Source: Octopus vulgaris (Eukaryota). Taken from it: 64,000 nt of DNA. The stretch covers positions 6,696,001-6,760,000 of the forward strand of contig OX597827.1 in assembly GCA_951406725.2 (NCBI GenBank), read 5' to 3'. This document shows positions 26,663 to 39,417 of the stretch, piece by piece. The stretch's first letter is position 1. Each line of letters starts with the position of its first letter. The position numbers were made by a program, and so were the translations under genes. A model generated the notes under the pieces. The model saw nothing but the letters and a program-made list of their open reading frames with translations, had not been told where the DNA came from and ran no database searches.

Positions 26663-27169
26663 TTGCTGTTCCCTGATAAGACTTAGTGCTGCATTACTTT
26701 TGTGAAGTTTTGTTAGTAAACAACGTCATGGTTTCAAAATGAAGAATATATTTTGACACAAATGAAATTTTAATGTTGAAACAAAACTCGTACTATTTAA
26801 ATACAGAGGTCTCTTAACGGTACTGCTTAAATACAGAGGTACTACTTAGATACAGGTGTTATGTATAAAATATTTTAAATGTACACTGTGTGTATGTGTT
26901 ATGACACCCTAACCCTAAACCTAACTAACCCTAAAACCAACCTTCCCCTTCATATTGTTACGTAGATGAATCGGGACCTCTGTATTTAAATAGTGCCTTG
27001 AAACTAATGGTTTCTGTGTGTTCTTGAATGGCTTCCAAATATCTACGCTGCAATTGTTTTTGTTTCAGCACACGAACTCAGATCAAGTCACTTGCTATGC
27101 AAGTACATCTCCGTAATTTTTTAAATCACTGTGGATAAATGCCAGCAATGACCTTCTCAGGATCTCCAA
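25846..27169. repeat. Long-range inverted repeat, about 109-bp arms at 25846-25954 and 27061-27169
   Basis: 25846-25940 matches the reverse complement of 27075-27169 with 2 mismatches in about 95 bp. Confidence 0.9.
26790..26996. mobile_element. Small TIR element with internal telomere-like (TAACCC) motifs
   Basis: TIRs GTACTATTTAAATACAGAGGTC / GACCTCTGTATTTAAATAGTGC (21/22). The left TIR motif is reiterated, and CCCTAACCCTAAACCTAACTAACCCTAA lies inside. Confidence 0.7.
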
Positions 27170-28349
27170 TATTTTTATTTCTAAACAGAAACAACTGGGG
27201 GCAGGGAGTGGGGTTGCAAAAAAGTCATAATTTCTCAAATTTTCTTTTTTATAGCATATAAATGTATTTATGGGGGGAAAATAGTGAAAAACATCAATAC
27301 ATATGAGAGTGATAAAGAAACAAGTTTGGTTGACTTTGGATATACTGCAAGCAACAGCTAAATTGCCCTTAAATCACTCACTTTCACCTCTGAATATATT
27401 AGCAATTTTACAAAAATTTTTTACTGAAAATGCTCTTTCCATTGGTTTTGAAATGCAAAATATTGGCCAAAATAGGTTCAGAGTGGGACGATGAGGGAGG
27501 GGGTTTAAAAAAAAGGAGTTGACAAAACATTTTTCCTACAAAGATGACCCCACCCACCCATCATTTCGAAGACTGTAGTTTAAAGAAAATGAGGCAAATC
27601 CCTGAAAAAATTTTCCCCGCAAATTTCTTTATAATCGTAACATATGCTGCTTGAAAGGGATTTGTATAAATTTTCATTAAAAGATACACATCTTTCTGAA
27701 AGTTATGAGGGGAAAATGTCAGATCGTGTGAATTTTCCAAAACTCCTCTCTCCAGCCCTCTGGAAAAATTCTTTCTCATAAATCCCTATATGCTCTGAAG
27801 CCACAACAATGGAAGTAATACCTACTAAGCAAGTGAGCACTATTGTACAAAGAAATAATTAGATGTAAAATATAGAAATTATTAGAAATGGGAATCAAAT
27901 GTGAAAATATTATCAAGGGGCTAGCAGGAAACTGCCTGGAGGGCAGTCTTTCTGCTAGTATATATAATTATGTGAAAGTGTTACAATTACATTCCCTCTA
28001 CCTTACTCCACGGAAAGCTATTCTCTTCCACTTTTTCTCTCTCACACTTTTTCCCTCCGCCTCTAATCATATGAAAGTGTTACTGAGGGACAATGGCAAG
28101 GAAGTTTATTATAAGATTTTTTTATATTATCTAGTTGTTTCCTATAAACTAGCCAAATATTTATTACTGAACACTAAAGAAATGAAAACAGATCAAACTA
28201 AACTGTGTTCATTAATAACAGTTTAGGAGATAAATTTCACATTGTTTAACACTGAATCTAATATATCTTAAATTAAGCATCCTATTTATAAATCCACAAA
28301 CAGGAACTTAAACATTAAAAACTGGCAAAGTATTTCTCTTCAACATACA

Positions 28350-28503
28350 GGCACAGGAGTGGCTGTGTGGTAAGTAGCTTGCTAACCAACCACATGGTTC
28401 CGGGTTCAGTCCCACTGCATGGCATCGTGGGCAAGTGTCTTCTGCTATAGCCCCGGGCCGACCAATTCCTTGTGAGTGGATTTGGTAGACGGAAACTGTC
28501 GTA

Positions 28504-28546
<43 letters not shown>

Positions 28547-28765
28547 ATGTGTTTGTGAGTCTGTGTTTGTCCCCCCAACATTGCTTGACAACCGATGCTG
28601 GTGTGTTTACGTCCCCGTCACTTAGCGGTTCAGCAAAAGAGACCGATAGAATAAGTACTGGGCTTACAAAGAATAAGTCCCGGGGTCGATTTGCTCGACT
28701 AAAGGTAGTGCTCCAGCATGGCCGCAGTCAAATGACTGAAACAAGTAAAAGAGTAAAAGAGTAAA
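28350..28765 (+). mobile_element. SINE family A
   Basis: Full-length. Confidence 0.9.
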
Positions 28766-28824
28766 CCTCAGCCTTCAAACTAAAATTATGAAGTTGAAAT
28801 CTCTTAAACCAATGACCAAGAGTA

Positions 28825-29255
28825 TACTCTTTTACTCTTTTACTCTTTTACTCTTTTACTCTTTTACTCTTTTACTCTTTTACTTGTTTCAGTCATTTGA
28901 CTGCGGCCATGCTGGAGCACTGCCTTTAGTCGAGCAAATCGACCCCGGGACTTATTCTTTGTAAGCCCAGCACTTATTCTATCGGTCTCTTTTGCTGAAC
29001 TACTAAGTGACAGGGACGTAAACACACCAGCATCGGGACACACAAACACAGACACACGAACACACACATACATATATATAAATACATATATACAACAGGC
29101 TTCTTTCAGTTTCCGTCTACCAAATCCACTCACAAGGCATTGGTCGGCCCGGGGCTATAGCAGAAGACACTTGCCCAAGATGCCACGCAGTGGGACTGAA
29201 CCCGCAACCATGTGGTTGGTTAGCAAGCTACTTACCACACAGCCACTCCTGTGCC
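28825..29255 (-). mobile_element. SINE family A, tail-to-tail with the previous copy
   Basis: Long (TACTCTTT)n tail at left, head at right. Confidence 0.9.
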
Positions 29256-29557
29256 TTTAAGGACATTCTGTAAGGATTCTTTAGAGAATGGAAGTTCTCA
29301 CTTTCATTAAAACTAATACACAATTTTCCAGGCATTTTCAGCAGATTTGAGATGTCTCTTGCAATTATTTCTTATTATTTGGTTGATACAAGGAAAACCA
29401 TAAAATATTTATCACATGGTTTGATTCGATGTTGGGAGACTTCAATAGCTGCAAAAACAGTCTTTTGCTGGTGATTATCAATAAACAAAAGCCATACATA
29501 AAACAATTTATTACCTGTAATGAAAAGTAAACTTTGATAATAGAAAAAGATCACTGT

Positions 29558-29641
<84 letters not shown>

Positions 29642-29747
29642 GGTGGTGGTGGTGGTGGTGGTGGTGGTGGTGGTGGTAGTTTTTGTAGTAGTAGTAGTAG
29701 TAGTGGTGGTGGTGGTGATGGTGGTTGTAGTAGTGGTAGTAGTAGTA

Positions 29748-29788
<41 letters not shown>

Positions 29789-29891
29789 GGTGGTGGTTTT
29801 TGTAGCAGTAGTAGTAGTGGTGGTGGTGGTGGTGGTTGTAGTGGTGGTAGTAGTAGTTGTAGTAGTAGTAGTGGTGGTGGTGGTGGTGGTG

Positions 29892-29938
<47 letters not shown>

Positions 29939-29955
29939 TGTGGTGGTCGTAGTGA
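29558..29955. repeat. (AGC)/(AGT)/(GGT) compound triplet repeat
   Basis: Seen directly. Abuts a family F end (TGTTTAGCCCCAGGTTAGCC). Confidence 0.9.
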
Positions 29956-30332
29956 TTGTTTAGCCCCAGGTTAGCCATCATCAGATACACCTGCATATGA
30001 GAAAAGCAGTCCCAGCTTTGACCGTGTCACTTTTTTGCCCATTCAGAACTGTATTTTCCAGTATGTCCCATTTTAAGATGGTTGCATGCAGTAAGAGGAA
30101 GCATGACTGTTATGTTTAGCAGGTTGAATGACCACATCGAGATTGATTTTGTTGGCTTGTTGCAACAGAGGCCCTTTGAAAGGTCAGTGATATTATTTCC
30201 CTTCCTGACTAAAAAGTACAAACAAAAAGAAAAGAGACAGATTTCAAGCTTTGGCATGAGGCCAGCCGTTTCAGGGGAGTGGGTATGTCAATTACATTGA
30301 CCCCCATCACACAACTGGTATTTATTTTACAT

Positions 30333-30563
30333 GGCGGCGAGCTGGCAGAAACGTTAGCACGCCGGGCGAAATGCATAGCCATATTTCGTCTGCCGTTACA
30401 TTCTGAGTTCAAATTCCGCCGAGGTTGACTTTGCCTTTCATCCTTTTGGGGTCGATAAATTAAGTACCAGTTACACACTGGGGTCGATATAATCGGCTTA
30501 ATCCGTTTGTCTGTCCTTGTTTGTGTCCTCTGTGTTTAGCCCCTTGTGGGTAGTAAAGAAATA
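30333..30563 (+). mobile_element. Young SINE family C with 14-bp TSD, nested in an older antisense family C copy (about 30268-30705)
   Basis: GGCGGCGAGCTGGCAGAAACGTTAG...GAGTTCAAATTCC...GCCTTTCATCC. TSD GGTATTTATTTTAC at 30317-30330 and 30564-30577. Confidence 0.9.
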
Positions 30564-31614
30564 GGTATTTATTTTACCAACCCCCAAAAAGGATTAAAGG
30601 CAAAGTGGACTTTGACAGAATTTGAACTCAGAATGTAAATACAGATAAAACACTGCTAAACATTTTTACCCAGCATGTTAATGATTCTGCCAGCCCACTG
30701 CCTTCATGCTTATGTATATATATTAGAATATACATATATATATATATTTTAGGGTCATGGACATTATTTCCCTTCCTGACCAAAATGTAAAAAAAAAAAC
30801 AAGAGAAAAAGAAAAGAAGGAAACAGTACGTACTCATATTGTCAATAAATAAATTAAAAATAAAAGGACCTGCCATCATGGGTGAACAAATATGGACTAA
30901 ATTTAGAGTATAATGTTGGCCGCTTAATGCTTTCACATCACTAGTTTCAAATTGAAAAGATTGGAACATGGATCTTTAGAGCATCTGTTATACTTACAAG
31001 ATTTTGCTAAACACTTGTTACTTTTATTGACACTTGAAATTTTGCATATAGAATAAATTATTCGGGAATATATTTGGCTGTTTTTAGACCCTTTGATGTA
31101 TTTATCACCTATAAATCATGTGAATGCTTATATAAGCAAGGTTTTCTGATTAGTATTCCACTGAAGTAAATGGAGCAGATTTTTATTTATAAAAGTTACG
31201 CATCTTGAAAACAGCAATTTTTTTCCCATTTACTCACCCAACCATTTCCAATGAAACAACCAAATTGTTTAGTTTCACCATCTAGTTATCTTGTTTTTTT
31301 TTTTTTTTAGTATTATACTACCTAAAATTACATAAATCATACGTAATATTTTTTTTACTCAATTAAATCTTGTTGCAATTTCACATAGGTAGCAAAATTT
31401 TATTTTATTGTCCCACCAAAAAGATAAAAGGAGGAGCTGACTTCAGTAGGATTTGAACTCTGAAGATAAAGACTTAGAATAAATATTGTGAGACATTTTT
31501 CTGACACAATTTATTTGGCCAGCAACACCAGTAGAACTACTACCATCAGCACCAACACAACCACCAACAACAACAATAATAACATCCACAATAATATTAA
31601 AACTAAACTATATA

Positions 31615-32036
31615 GGTGCAGGAGTAGCTGTGTGGTAAGTAGCTTGTCTACCAGCCACATGGTTCTGGGTTCAGTCCCTCTGCGTGGCACCTTGGGCAAG
31701 TGTCTTCTACTATAGCCTCGGGCCGACCAATGCCTTGTGAGTGGATTTGGTAGACGGAAACTGAAAGAAGCCCGTCGTATATATGTATATATGTGTATAT
31801 AAGTGTGCGTGTATGTTTGTGTGTCTGTATTTGTCCCCCTAGCATTGCTTGACAACCGATGCTGGTGTGTTTATGTCCCCGTTACTTAGCAGTTCAGCAA
31901 AAGAGACCGATAAAATAAGTACTGGGCTTACAAAAGAATAAGTCTTGTGGTCGATTTGTTCGACTAAAGGCAGTGCTCCAGCATGGCCGCAGTCAAATGA
32001 CTGAAACAAGTAAAAGAGTAAAAGAGTAAAGAGAGT
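31615..32036 (+). mobile_element. SINE family A
   Basis: Full-length. Confidence 0.9.
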
Positions 32037-32519
32037 ATAAAAGACAGTGATAAAAACAAACCAGTTATATATACGCATAATGCACAGTTCTCACTTACTG
32101 TATAAAAAGACTACAAATCCATACAAATTTATACAATAAATCTTTTACAAAATATTATCCAGGAAGTTTTGCAGATATTCCTTGCTAATACACACCAAAA
32201 TCTGGCAATTATTTACATTCGAGTTAACAACTAACCCACATAAAGTCTGACTTTTATATCTAGCGAGAAGAATATTCTCTTAAGAAACCTTTCAAGTATT
32301 TGAAACCTAATTTCTTTCCCTGAAGACAAAAACTACACAGTGCTCCATCCGCCAAACAGTCAAATCTGTTATATTTGCATGAAATCTTAAAACCCATCAC
32401 TTTATTCAGTTACATGATATCACTTTATTGCACTGTTGGGATGCAAATACATTTCGTTTTTTTTTTTTTACTCTTTGCTATTCTTTTTAGAAATATGAAT
32501 ATATATATGTATGTTACAC

Positions 32520-32532
32520 AAGCTCTCTCTCG

Positions 32533-32579
<47 letters not shown>

Positions 32580-32676
32580 ATTCTCTCTTTCTCAGACACA
32601 CACAGAGAAAAGTTTCATATATATATATATGTGCGTGTGTATGTATGTATTTACATATATGTGTGTATAAATGTGA

Positions 32677-32713
<37 letters not shown>

Positions 32714-33813
32714 TACACATATATATATATACAGGCAAACACAAATAATATAAACAAACACATATATGCATACATACACATATGTATATGTGTGTGTGTG
32801 TGTACATATATGTATATATATGTGTGTGTGTGTACACGTATATATGTGTACATATATATATATGTACACACACACATATATATACACACACACATTTATA
32901 TGTATATATACATATTTACATATATATATATATTTATAGTTATATATAAAAGTATATATATATATATATATATTTGCACCCTCTCACACACACACACACA
33001 CACACAAATATGCATGTATATTTAGGTCTGTGTTTATGCAAGTATACATATTATCACTCTATCAATATTGTTTGATTTTTCCAAACAGTTCTTGTTATTC
33101 CACATATTTAGAAGATGGTTGCATTATTCCCTCAGCTTTCCCCAAGACTTTTTCTTGGCTTCCATCATTAGAGCGACTATGGAAAAAAAAAAATCTTGAA
33201 TTGCTTCACAGACTTCAGGGATAGAATGGAACATTTTGTTAGAGATATTTCTGTGTAATGTGAACAGGAAGGAAGACGCTCGTGCTAGCATGAGGATATT
33301 ATATACATGGGTACAAATAGTAGGACACTTATATAAATGTAAAAATATATTCACAGAATACAAGCACACACACACATACACACACACATATGTATGTGTA
33401 TGTATGAATGTATGCATATGAATGTGTATGTGTATATGTATGAATGTGTATATGTGAAAGTGTATATGTATGTATATTTGTATGTATATATGTACATGTA
33501 TATGTATGCATTGGTATATATATGTATGTACATGTATGTGTATGTATGTATGTATATGTTAATGTATATATATATTTGTTTATATATGTGTGTATATATA
33601 TATATATATTTGTATATGTATATATGTATCTGTATATATATATGTGTGTGTGTGTGTATGTATATATATATATATATATGCCTGTATATATATATATGTA
33701 TATGTATATATATATGTGTGTATATATATATATATATATACATATACACATGCATACATATATCCATATAATTTTTTCTGTGTCCTTATCCATATCTCTC
33801 TTTTCCTCTCTCC

Positions 33814-33866
<53 letters not shown>

Positions 33867-33889
33867 ATGTGTGATTGTGTGTATATATA

Positions 33890-33935
<46 letters not shown>
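32520..33935. repeat. Compound (TA)/(CA)/(TG)/(CT) low-complexity region
   Basis: Seen directly. A short unique island lies at about 33040-33350. Confidence 0.85.
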
Positions 33936-34271
33936 CTTGTGTACTTATAGATGCATAAAGATATTTCCTTCCATTTGTGTTCAGGAAAAAAGAGATGGAG
34001 ATCGTTAATAGAGGCAAACACAAGCACAGGGAATTCCCACTAATAACAGGTGCAACAATGGCTGAGTGGTGAAGAAGTTCACTTCGTAACCACACAGTTC
34101 CAGGTTTGATCACACAGCATGGTACCTTGGGCATGTATCCTGTTCCTGCAATACCCTTGTGTTAACCAAAGGAAAATAGACAGAAAATGTGTATACATGT
34201 ATTTATATATGTGCATGTAGATACATTCATATGTATATATATAAACATACATATATATATATATATATATA

Positions 34272-34402
34272 TCATCATCATTTAGCGTCCGTTTTCCATG
34301 CTAGCATGGGTTGGACGGTTCAACTGAGGTCTGTGAAACCGGAAGGCTTCATCAGGCCCAGTCAGATCTGGCAGTGTTTCTACGGCTGGATGCCCTTCCT
34401 AA
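34272..34402 (-). mobile_element. Short 5'-truncated family B end in (TA)n
   Basis: (CAT)n TTAGCGTCCGTTTTCCATGCTAGC...GGATGCCCTTCCTAA. Confidence 0.8.
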
Positions 34403-34597
34403 TATATATATATATATATATACTAAGTAATTAAGGGTTTAGCAACGATTTGCCTCACCACACACCGAGTTTAGAAATAGCAGTCAAAGAGTTATGGCTA
34501 TTCTTTCTATATATATGTATATATATAAATACATACATAAACATATATATATATATATATGTGTGTGTGTGCAGAAATGGCTATGTAGTATATATAT

Positions 34598-34972
34598 GCG
34601 CAGGAGTGACTGTGTGGTAAGTAGCTTGCTTACCAACCACATGCTTCTGAGTTCAGTCCCACTGCATGGCACCTTGGACAAGTGTCTTCTACTATAGCCT
34701 CGGACTAGCCAAAGCCTTGTGAGTGGATTTGGTAGACGGAAATTGACAGAAGCCCATCGTACATGTGTGTGTGTGTTTGTCCCTCCTCCCAACACTTGAC
34801 AACTGATGCTGGTGTGTTTACATCCCATAACTTAGCAGTTTGGCAAAAGACACCAATAGAATAATTTCTAGGCTTATGGAGAATAAGACCTTGGGCCCAT
34901 TTGTTCGACTAAAGTTGGTGCTCTAGCATGGCCACAGTCAAATGACTGAAACAAATAGAAGAATAAAAGAAT
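34598..34972 (+). mobile_element. SINE family A
   Basis: Moderately diverged full-length copy. Confidence 0.85.
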
Positions 34973-35523
34973 ATATTTGTGAAAGGAAGAGCACTGTGTG
35001 TGTGTGTGTGTGCATTTGTGTGTGTATATGCATGTCTTATTTATATTTCCTTATGTCTATGTCTAAAAACCAGAGTTACTTATGCTGAGTCCGCCTATGT
35101 CTTGTATTAGCCTTGTGGTTTGTCAAGCTAAGATTGGTAATTGGCCAATCAAGTCCCTGACAAAATTAGGTCCAAGGACTAATATGATTCACAAAGCACG
35201 TGAAGGCAGTGCCCCAGCATGGCCACATTTCAAGGACAGAGTCTAGAAAAGGAGTAGTAATAGGGTTTACAATAGCTACAGTAAGAAAATATGATTGTAT
35301 AAAAGACATTTACACAGAAATGGGAAAATAACAAAAGACAAAAACAATAACAAAAGAAACCATTTTTTTTCTTACTGTGATGAGGATGACACTTTTTACA
35401 TCAACATACATAAATGGTAAGTTATTTCCTTTGACTGGAATAAGGAACTTCCACCCACACACACACACACACACGCACAGCAAACAAACACAAATATACA
35501 TGTGTTTATATATATATTTTTAT

Positions 35524-35579
<56 letters not shown>

Positions 35580-35816
35580 TATATATTTATATATAAACAC
35601 ACACACATTTACACATGCATTTGTTTGCCTTTTTGTCCCTCACACTTTCTCTATGTGCATATATATATATGTATATATATATATGTATATATATATATAA
35701 CATTATATGCAACCACATACACAGATACATATACATACAGAGATATATAGACAGACAGACAAATGCATGGACAAACACACAGACAGACACACAGACAGAC
35801 ACATAGAGAGACTAAC

Positions 35817-35870
<54 letters not shown>

Positions 35871-36856
35871 ATAGATAGATGGATGGATATTACTTTTACA
35901 CAAATACACACACTCTCAAACAAAGAATGTTGTTGCACTTTCATTGTGAAAAGACAATATTTACACTCACATCTACAAATTGAGTTACACATGAATATGT
36001 AAAGGAAAAGATGGTTGCTCCATACAAAAGACACTTCCACAAATATATCAAACGGTTTTGTTCTCATACATTCAAAAGGGAAATTATTTGTACTTGCAAA
36101 TGTAAATAAAAACACCTTCAATTGTGAATACAAAACCCTCACCAAAGAAAAAGAAAACGACAAATATAAAAATGAAAACCTATTTGCGCACGTATGAAAA
36201 AAATATATATATGTACATAGATCTTAAAAAATATTCTAGAGAAAATATGTTTACTCTTATGTGTAAGAAGAAGAAAATAAAATGTATTTGTACAGATGTG
36301 GATTTATGATTTCAGAAAGAAGGACAAATTTATCACTTATGTGAAGAAGGAAATGTATTCGCATTTATCCACAGAAAATGAGGTGGGTAATGTGTTTATA
36401 TCTATATGCACATGCAAAATGAATAACATTTAAGGATACATATATGCATAAAATAAAATCAAAAAAATTTACTAGAAATCCCATAAAAAATTATAAGCAT
36501 TGAACTATGCATGCATATCATTATTATTGTTGTTGTTGTTATTATTGCTATTATTATTATTACTATATATTATATTTTATAGCTTCTACCCACTTGCAAT
36601 TCGGTATAAAAGATAAAGTTTAAGGAAGCACAGTCTATGGGTTTGTGAGGCAGTTTGAGGTGAAACTTCATTGATTATGGTGATAAATTCATTTATAAAA
36701 GCTAAAATGAATAATACAGTCTGTTTCAAGTCATTTGGAAATATTGAGGAATCAGAGGAGGCCCAGCAGTCTGACTATGTTAATTAGCATGGCTGCTTAT
36801 AACTTCTCACATGTAAGACGTCTTCAATGGACATGTAATGAGAACAGTAAGTTATA

Positions 36857-37060
36857 TTAACCCTTTTCCTACCAACCCCATCAGTGACTGCTTTTGGCTC
36901 TAGGATGCAAACTACCCATTTTAAAAAGGATCTAAGTCTTAAAACTTTCTATAAAAACCTCTATATTAATTTATGTTTCAAAACACCAGCTTAATAATGA
37001 CAAATTTATTTAACTAATTTCTCCAATACTTTAGAAATTAACTGAAACATAGGTAGTGGC
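36857..37060. mobile_element. Partial piggyBac-type MITE related to 53145-53364
   Basis: TTAACCCTTT..TACCAACCC start and shared AACACCAGCT.AAT.AT..C.AA.TTATTTAACTAA block. Confidence 0.6.
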
Positions 37061-37484
37061 CAAAGGACACACAGCATTGGTTTTGGTGAGGAAAAATTAA
37101 GTCAGATACTTTCTGAATGCATCTCATATATTCACATGAAGTACAAAATACAGATTACAGAATAAAGAAAGAAATCAAAACAGTATTGTGTAAATTCAAA
37201 CTCAACAACTGTTTCAATATTGCCATAGCATACATAATAACCACCCTTATACATAATATATACCTGATGTCATAGGTGTGTGTCATGTCAAAAGTTCTGA
37301 GGAATTTCTTAAATATTTGTGTATATACATATAAAGATATACATAAAGCCATTTAAGAAACACACGAAACTCATTAGATTCACTTCAACATTTAAATTTA
37401 ATTTGTCAAAATATTTTCATCACTTTGAGACTGTGACTTGTTCACTGACAAAATTCCATGCTGCATATATATATATTTATATAT

Positions 37485-37908
37485 ACTTTTACTTGTTTCA
37501 GTCATTTGACTGCAGCCATGCTGGAGCACCACCTTTAGTCAAGCAAATCGACCTCAGGACTTATTCTTTGTAAGACTAGTACTTATTCTATTGGTCTCTT
37601 TTGCTGAACCACTAAGTTACGGGGACGTAAACACACCAGCATTGGTTGTCAAACGATGTTGGGGGGACAAACACAGACACACAAACATACACACGTACAC
37701 ACACACACACATATATATACATATATACGATGGGCTTCTTTCAGTTTCCGTCTACCAAATCCACTGACAAGGCTTTGGTCGGCCCGAGGCTATAGTAGAA
37801 GACACATACCCAACGTGCCACACATACCCAACGTGCCACACAGTGGGATTGAACCCAAAACCATGTGATTGGTAAGTAAGCTACTTACCACACAGCCACT
37901 CCTGCACC
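37485..37908 (-). mobile_element. SINE family A with an internal 16-bp duplication
   Basis: Reverse complement of family A. CACATACCCAACGTGC is duplicated. Confidence 0.9.
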
Positions 37909-38506
37909 TATATATATATATATCCTTATATGTGTGTATATATATATAAATATATATATATGTATATTTGTGAAAGAGGACAACAAACACTAAGGCATAA
38001 TAAGCATCTCAAATCATATACATTATTATTCTTAAATTAGTCGAAGTCTTTGAGGTCTTAAAAATGTTAATGTATATGACTTAAGATGTTTATTATGCCT
38101 TGGCATTTGTTGTCCTCATTCACAAATATATATCCATGATACCAGAAACCTAAAATGGTTCCATCGCTCCTGTCTTGGTTACGAACTTAGAGCCCTGATA
38201 ATCCGTTACAGCACTTATGCAGCATACCTATTCATTCAGATCACCAGTGAACTAAACCCCCATATTCTGGGTATATATATGTATGTATATCTACTGTGAA
38301 CAATTACTTTCTCTCCTTCAGGTCATTAAGAATGAAATTTCCAATTTTCTTAAACACCAAGTTTGGCAGTCATTAACTCTAATGTTTTATCTTGACAATT
38401 CTTTGTTTTACAACATTGAAGAGTTGCATCATCACTTTTCGAAATGCAATTCATGGTATCTGATTATATTGAGAGTTTTCTCCTGTAAATCAATTTTTGT
38501 GAACTC

Positions 38507-39048
38507 ATGGATAAATCAAAAATTTGTGTTGTTTATGAATATGAGTTCTGTTGTGGAACCAATGTAACCCAGACAGCTTGAAACATCAATGCGGTGTTTG
38601 GTGAAGATGTGGTGAATGAGAGCACTGTACATCGATGGTTTGAGAAGTTCTGGTCAGGTGACTTTACTCTTGAAAATCAGCCCCATGGTAGACATGAGCC
38701 CAAGGTGGATAATGATGAGCTGGAAACTGTATTGGAAGCAGATACATTTCAAACTATGCAAGAGTTAGCAACAAGGTTTGATGTTTCGATTCCAACTGTA
38801 CTGAACCATCTGAAACAAATTGGCAAGGTTAAGAAGCTGGACAAGTGGGTGCCACAAGACCTGAATGAGCATCAAATGACACGTCGTCTTGAAACTTGCT
38901 GTTCTTTGCTGTCATGGTATAAAAGTGAACCATTATGTGCGATGAAAAATGGATTCTTTTCAGCAATAGCAAGCATTCTGCACGGTGGTCGGATAGAGAC
39001 AAAGTGCTAAAACACAATCCAAAAAAGAATATTCACCAAAAAAAGCTA
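38507..39048 (+). pseudogene. Mariner (Tc1/mariner) transposase remnant, N-terminal half
   Basis: MDKSKICVVYEYEF...TA*NINAVFGEDVVNESTVHRWFEKFWSGD (HTH), KLDKWVPQDL (WVPHEL motif), then after a frameshift CDEKWI (first catalytic Asp) and IHQKKL. Has a stop and a frameshift and is truncated. Confidence 0.9.
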
Positions 39049-39049
39049 A

Positions 39050-39417
39050 AAGGTGTCCAGGCCTTCTCCTGTAAACCCAGCCAGCCTGGCCAGCCTACAG
39101 ACCTCTGCCACGTATTCATCCACCTGCTCTCCCATCCATCTAATCATTCCCAGCTTAATAAAGGCTGTATATTCACACTCGGTGTAAGCCTCTCTCAGAC
39201 GCTGCTCAATCTTCTCCTCACTCAGTTGTTCTTCTTTGTCCATATCGAGATATAGAGTCAATGTGCTCCCTTCCAAATATAGTGCCATAAGGCTCGCCAC
39301 TTCACTAATGCTTTGCAATCTCACCACAAGGCTGATTTTACACATCCAGGCCACGACATCGCCCTCACCATTAAAGGGCCTGATAACTTCACTGGAGATC
39401 CTAATTTTAGCTGCCAT
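39050..39417 (-). pseudogene. LTR-retrotransposon gag N-terminal fragment (probably Gypsy-like)
   Basis: MAAKIRISSEVIRPFNGEGDVVAW...VASLMALYLEGSTLTLY shows the PFxG..W...LxGxA pattern of gag capsid N-termini. GC-richer upstream leader to about 39720. Confidence 0.7.

Noticed and set aside
35920-36250. IHSKGKLFVLANVNK, resembling a C2H2 linker
   Set aside because: It lacks the Cys and His spacing of a zinc finger, and there is no 28-aa periodicity.
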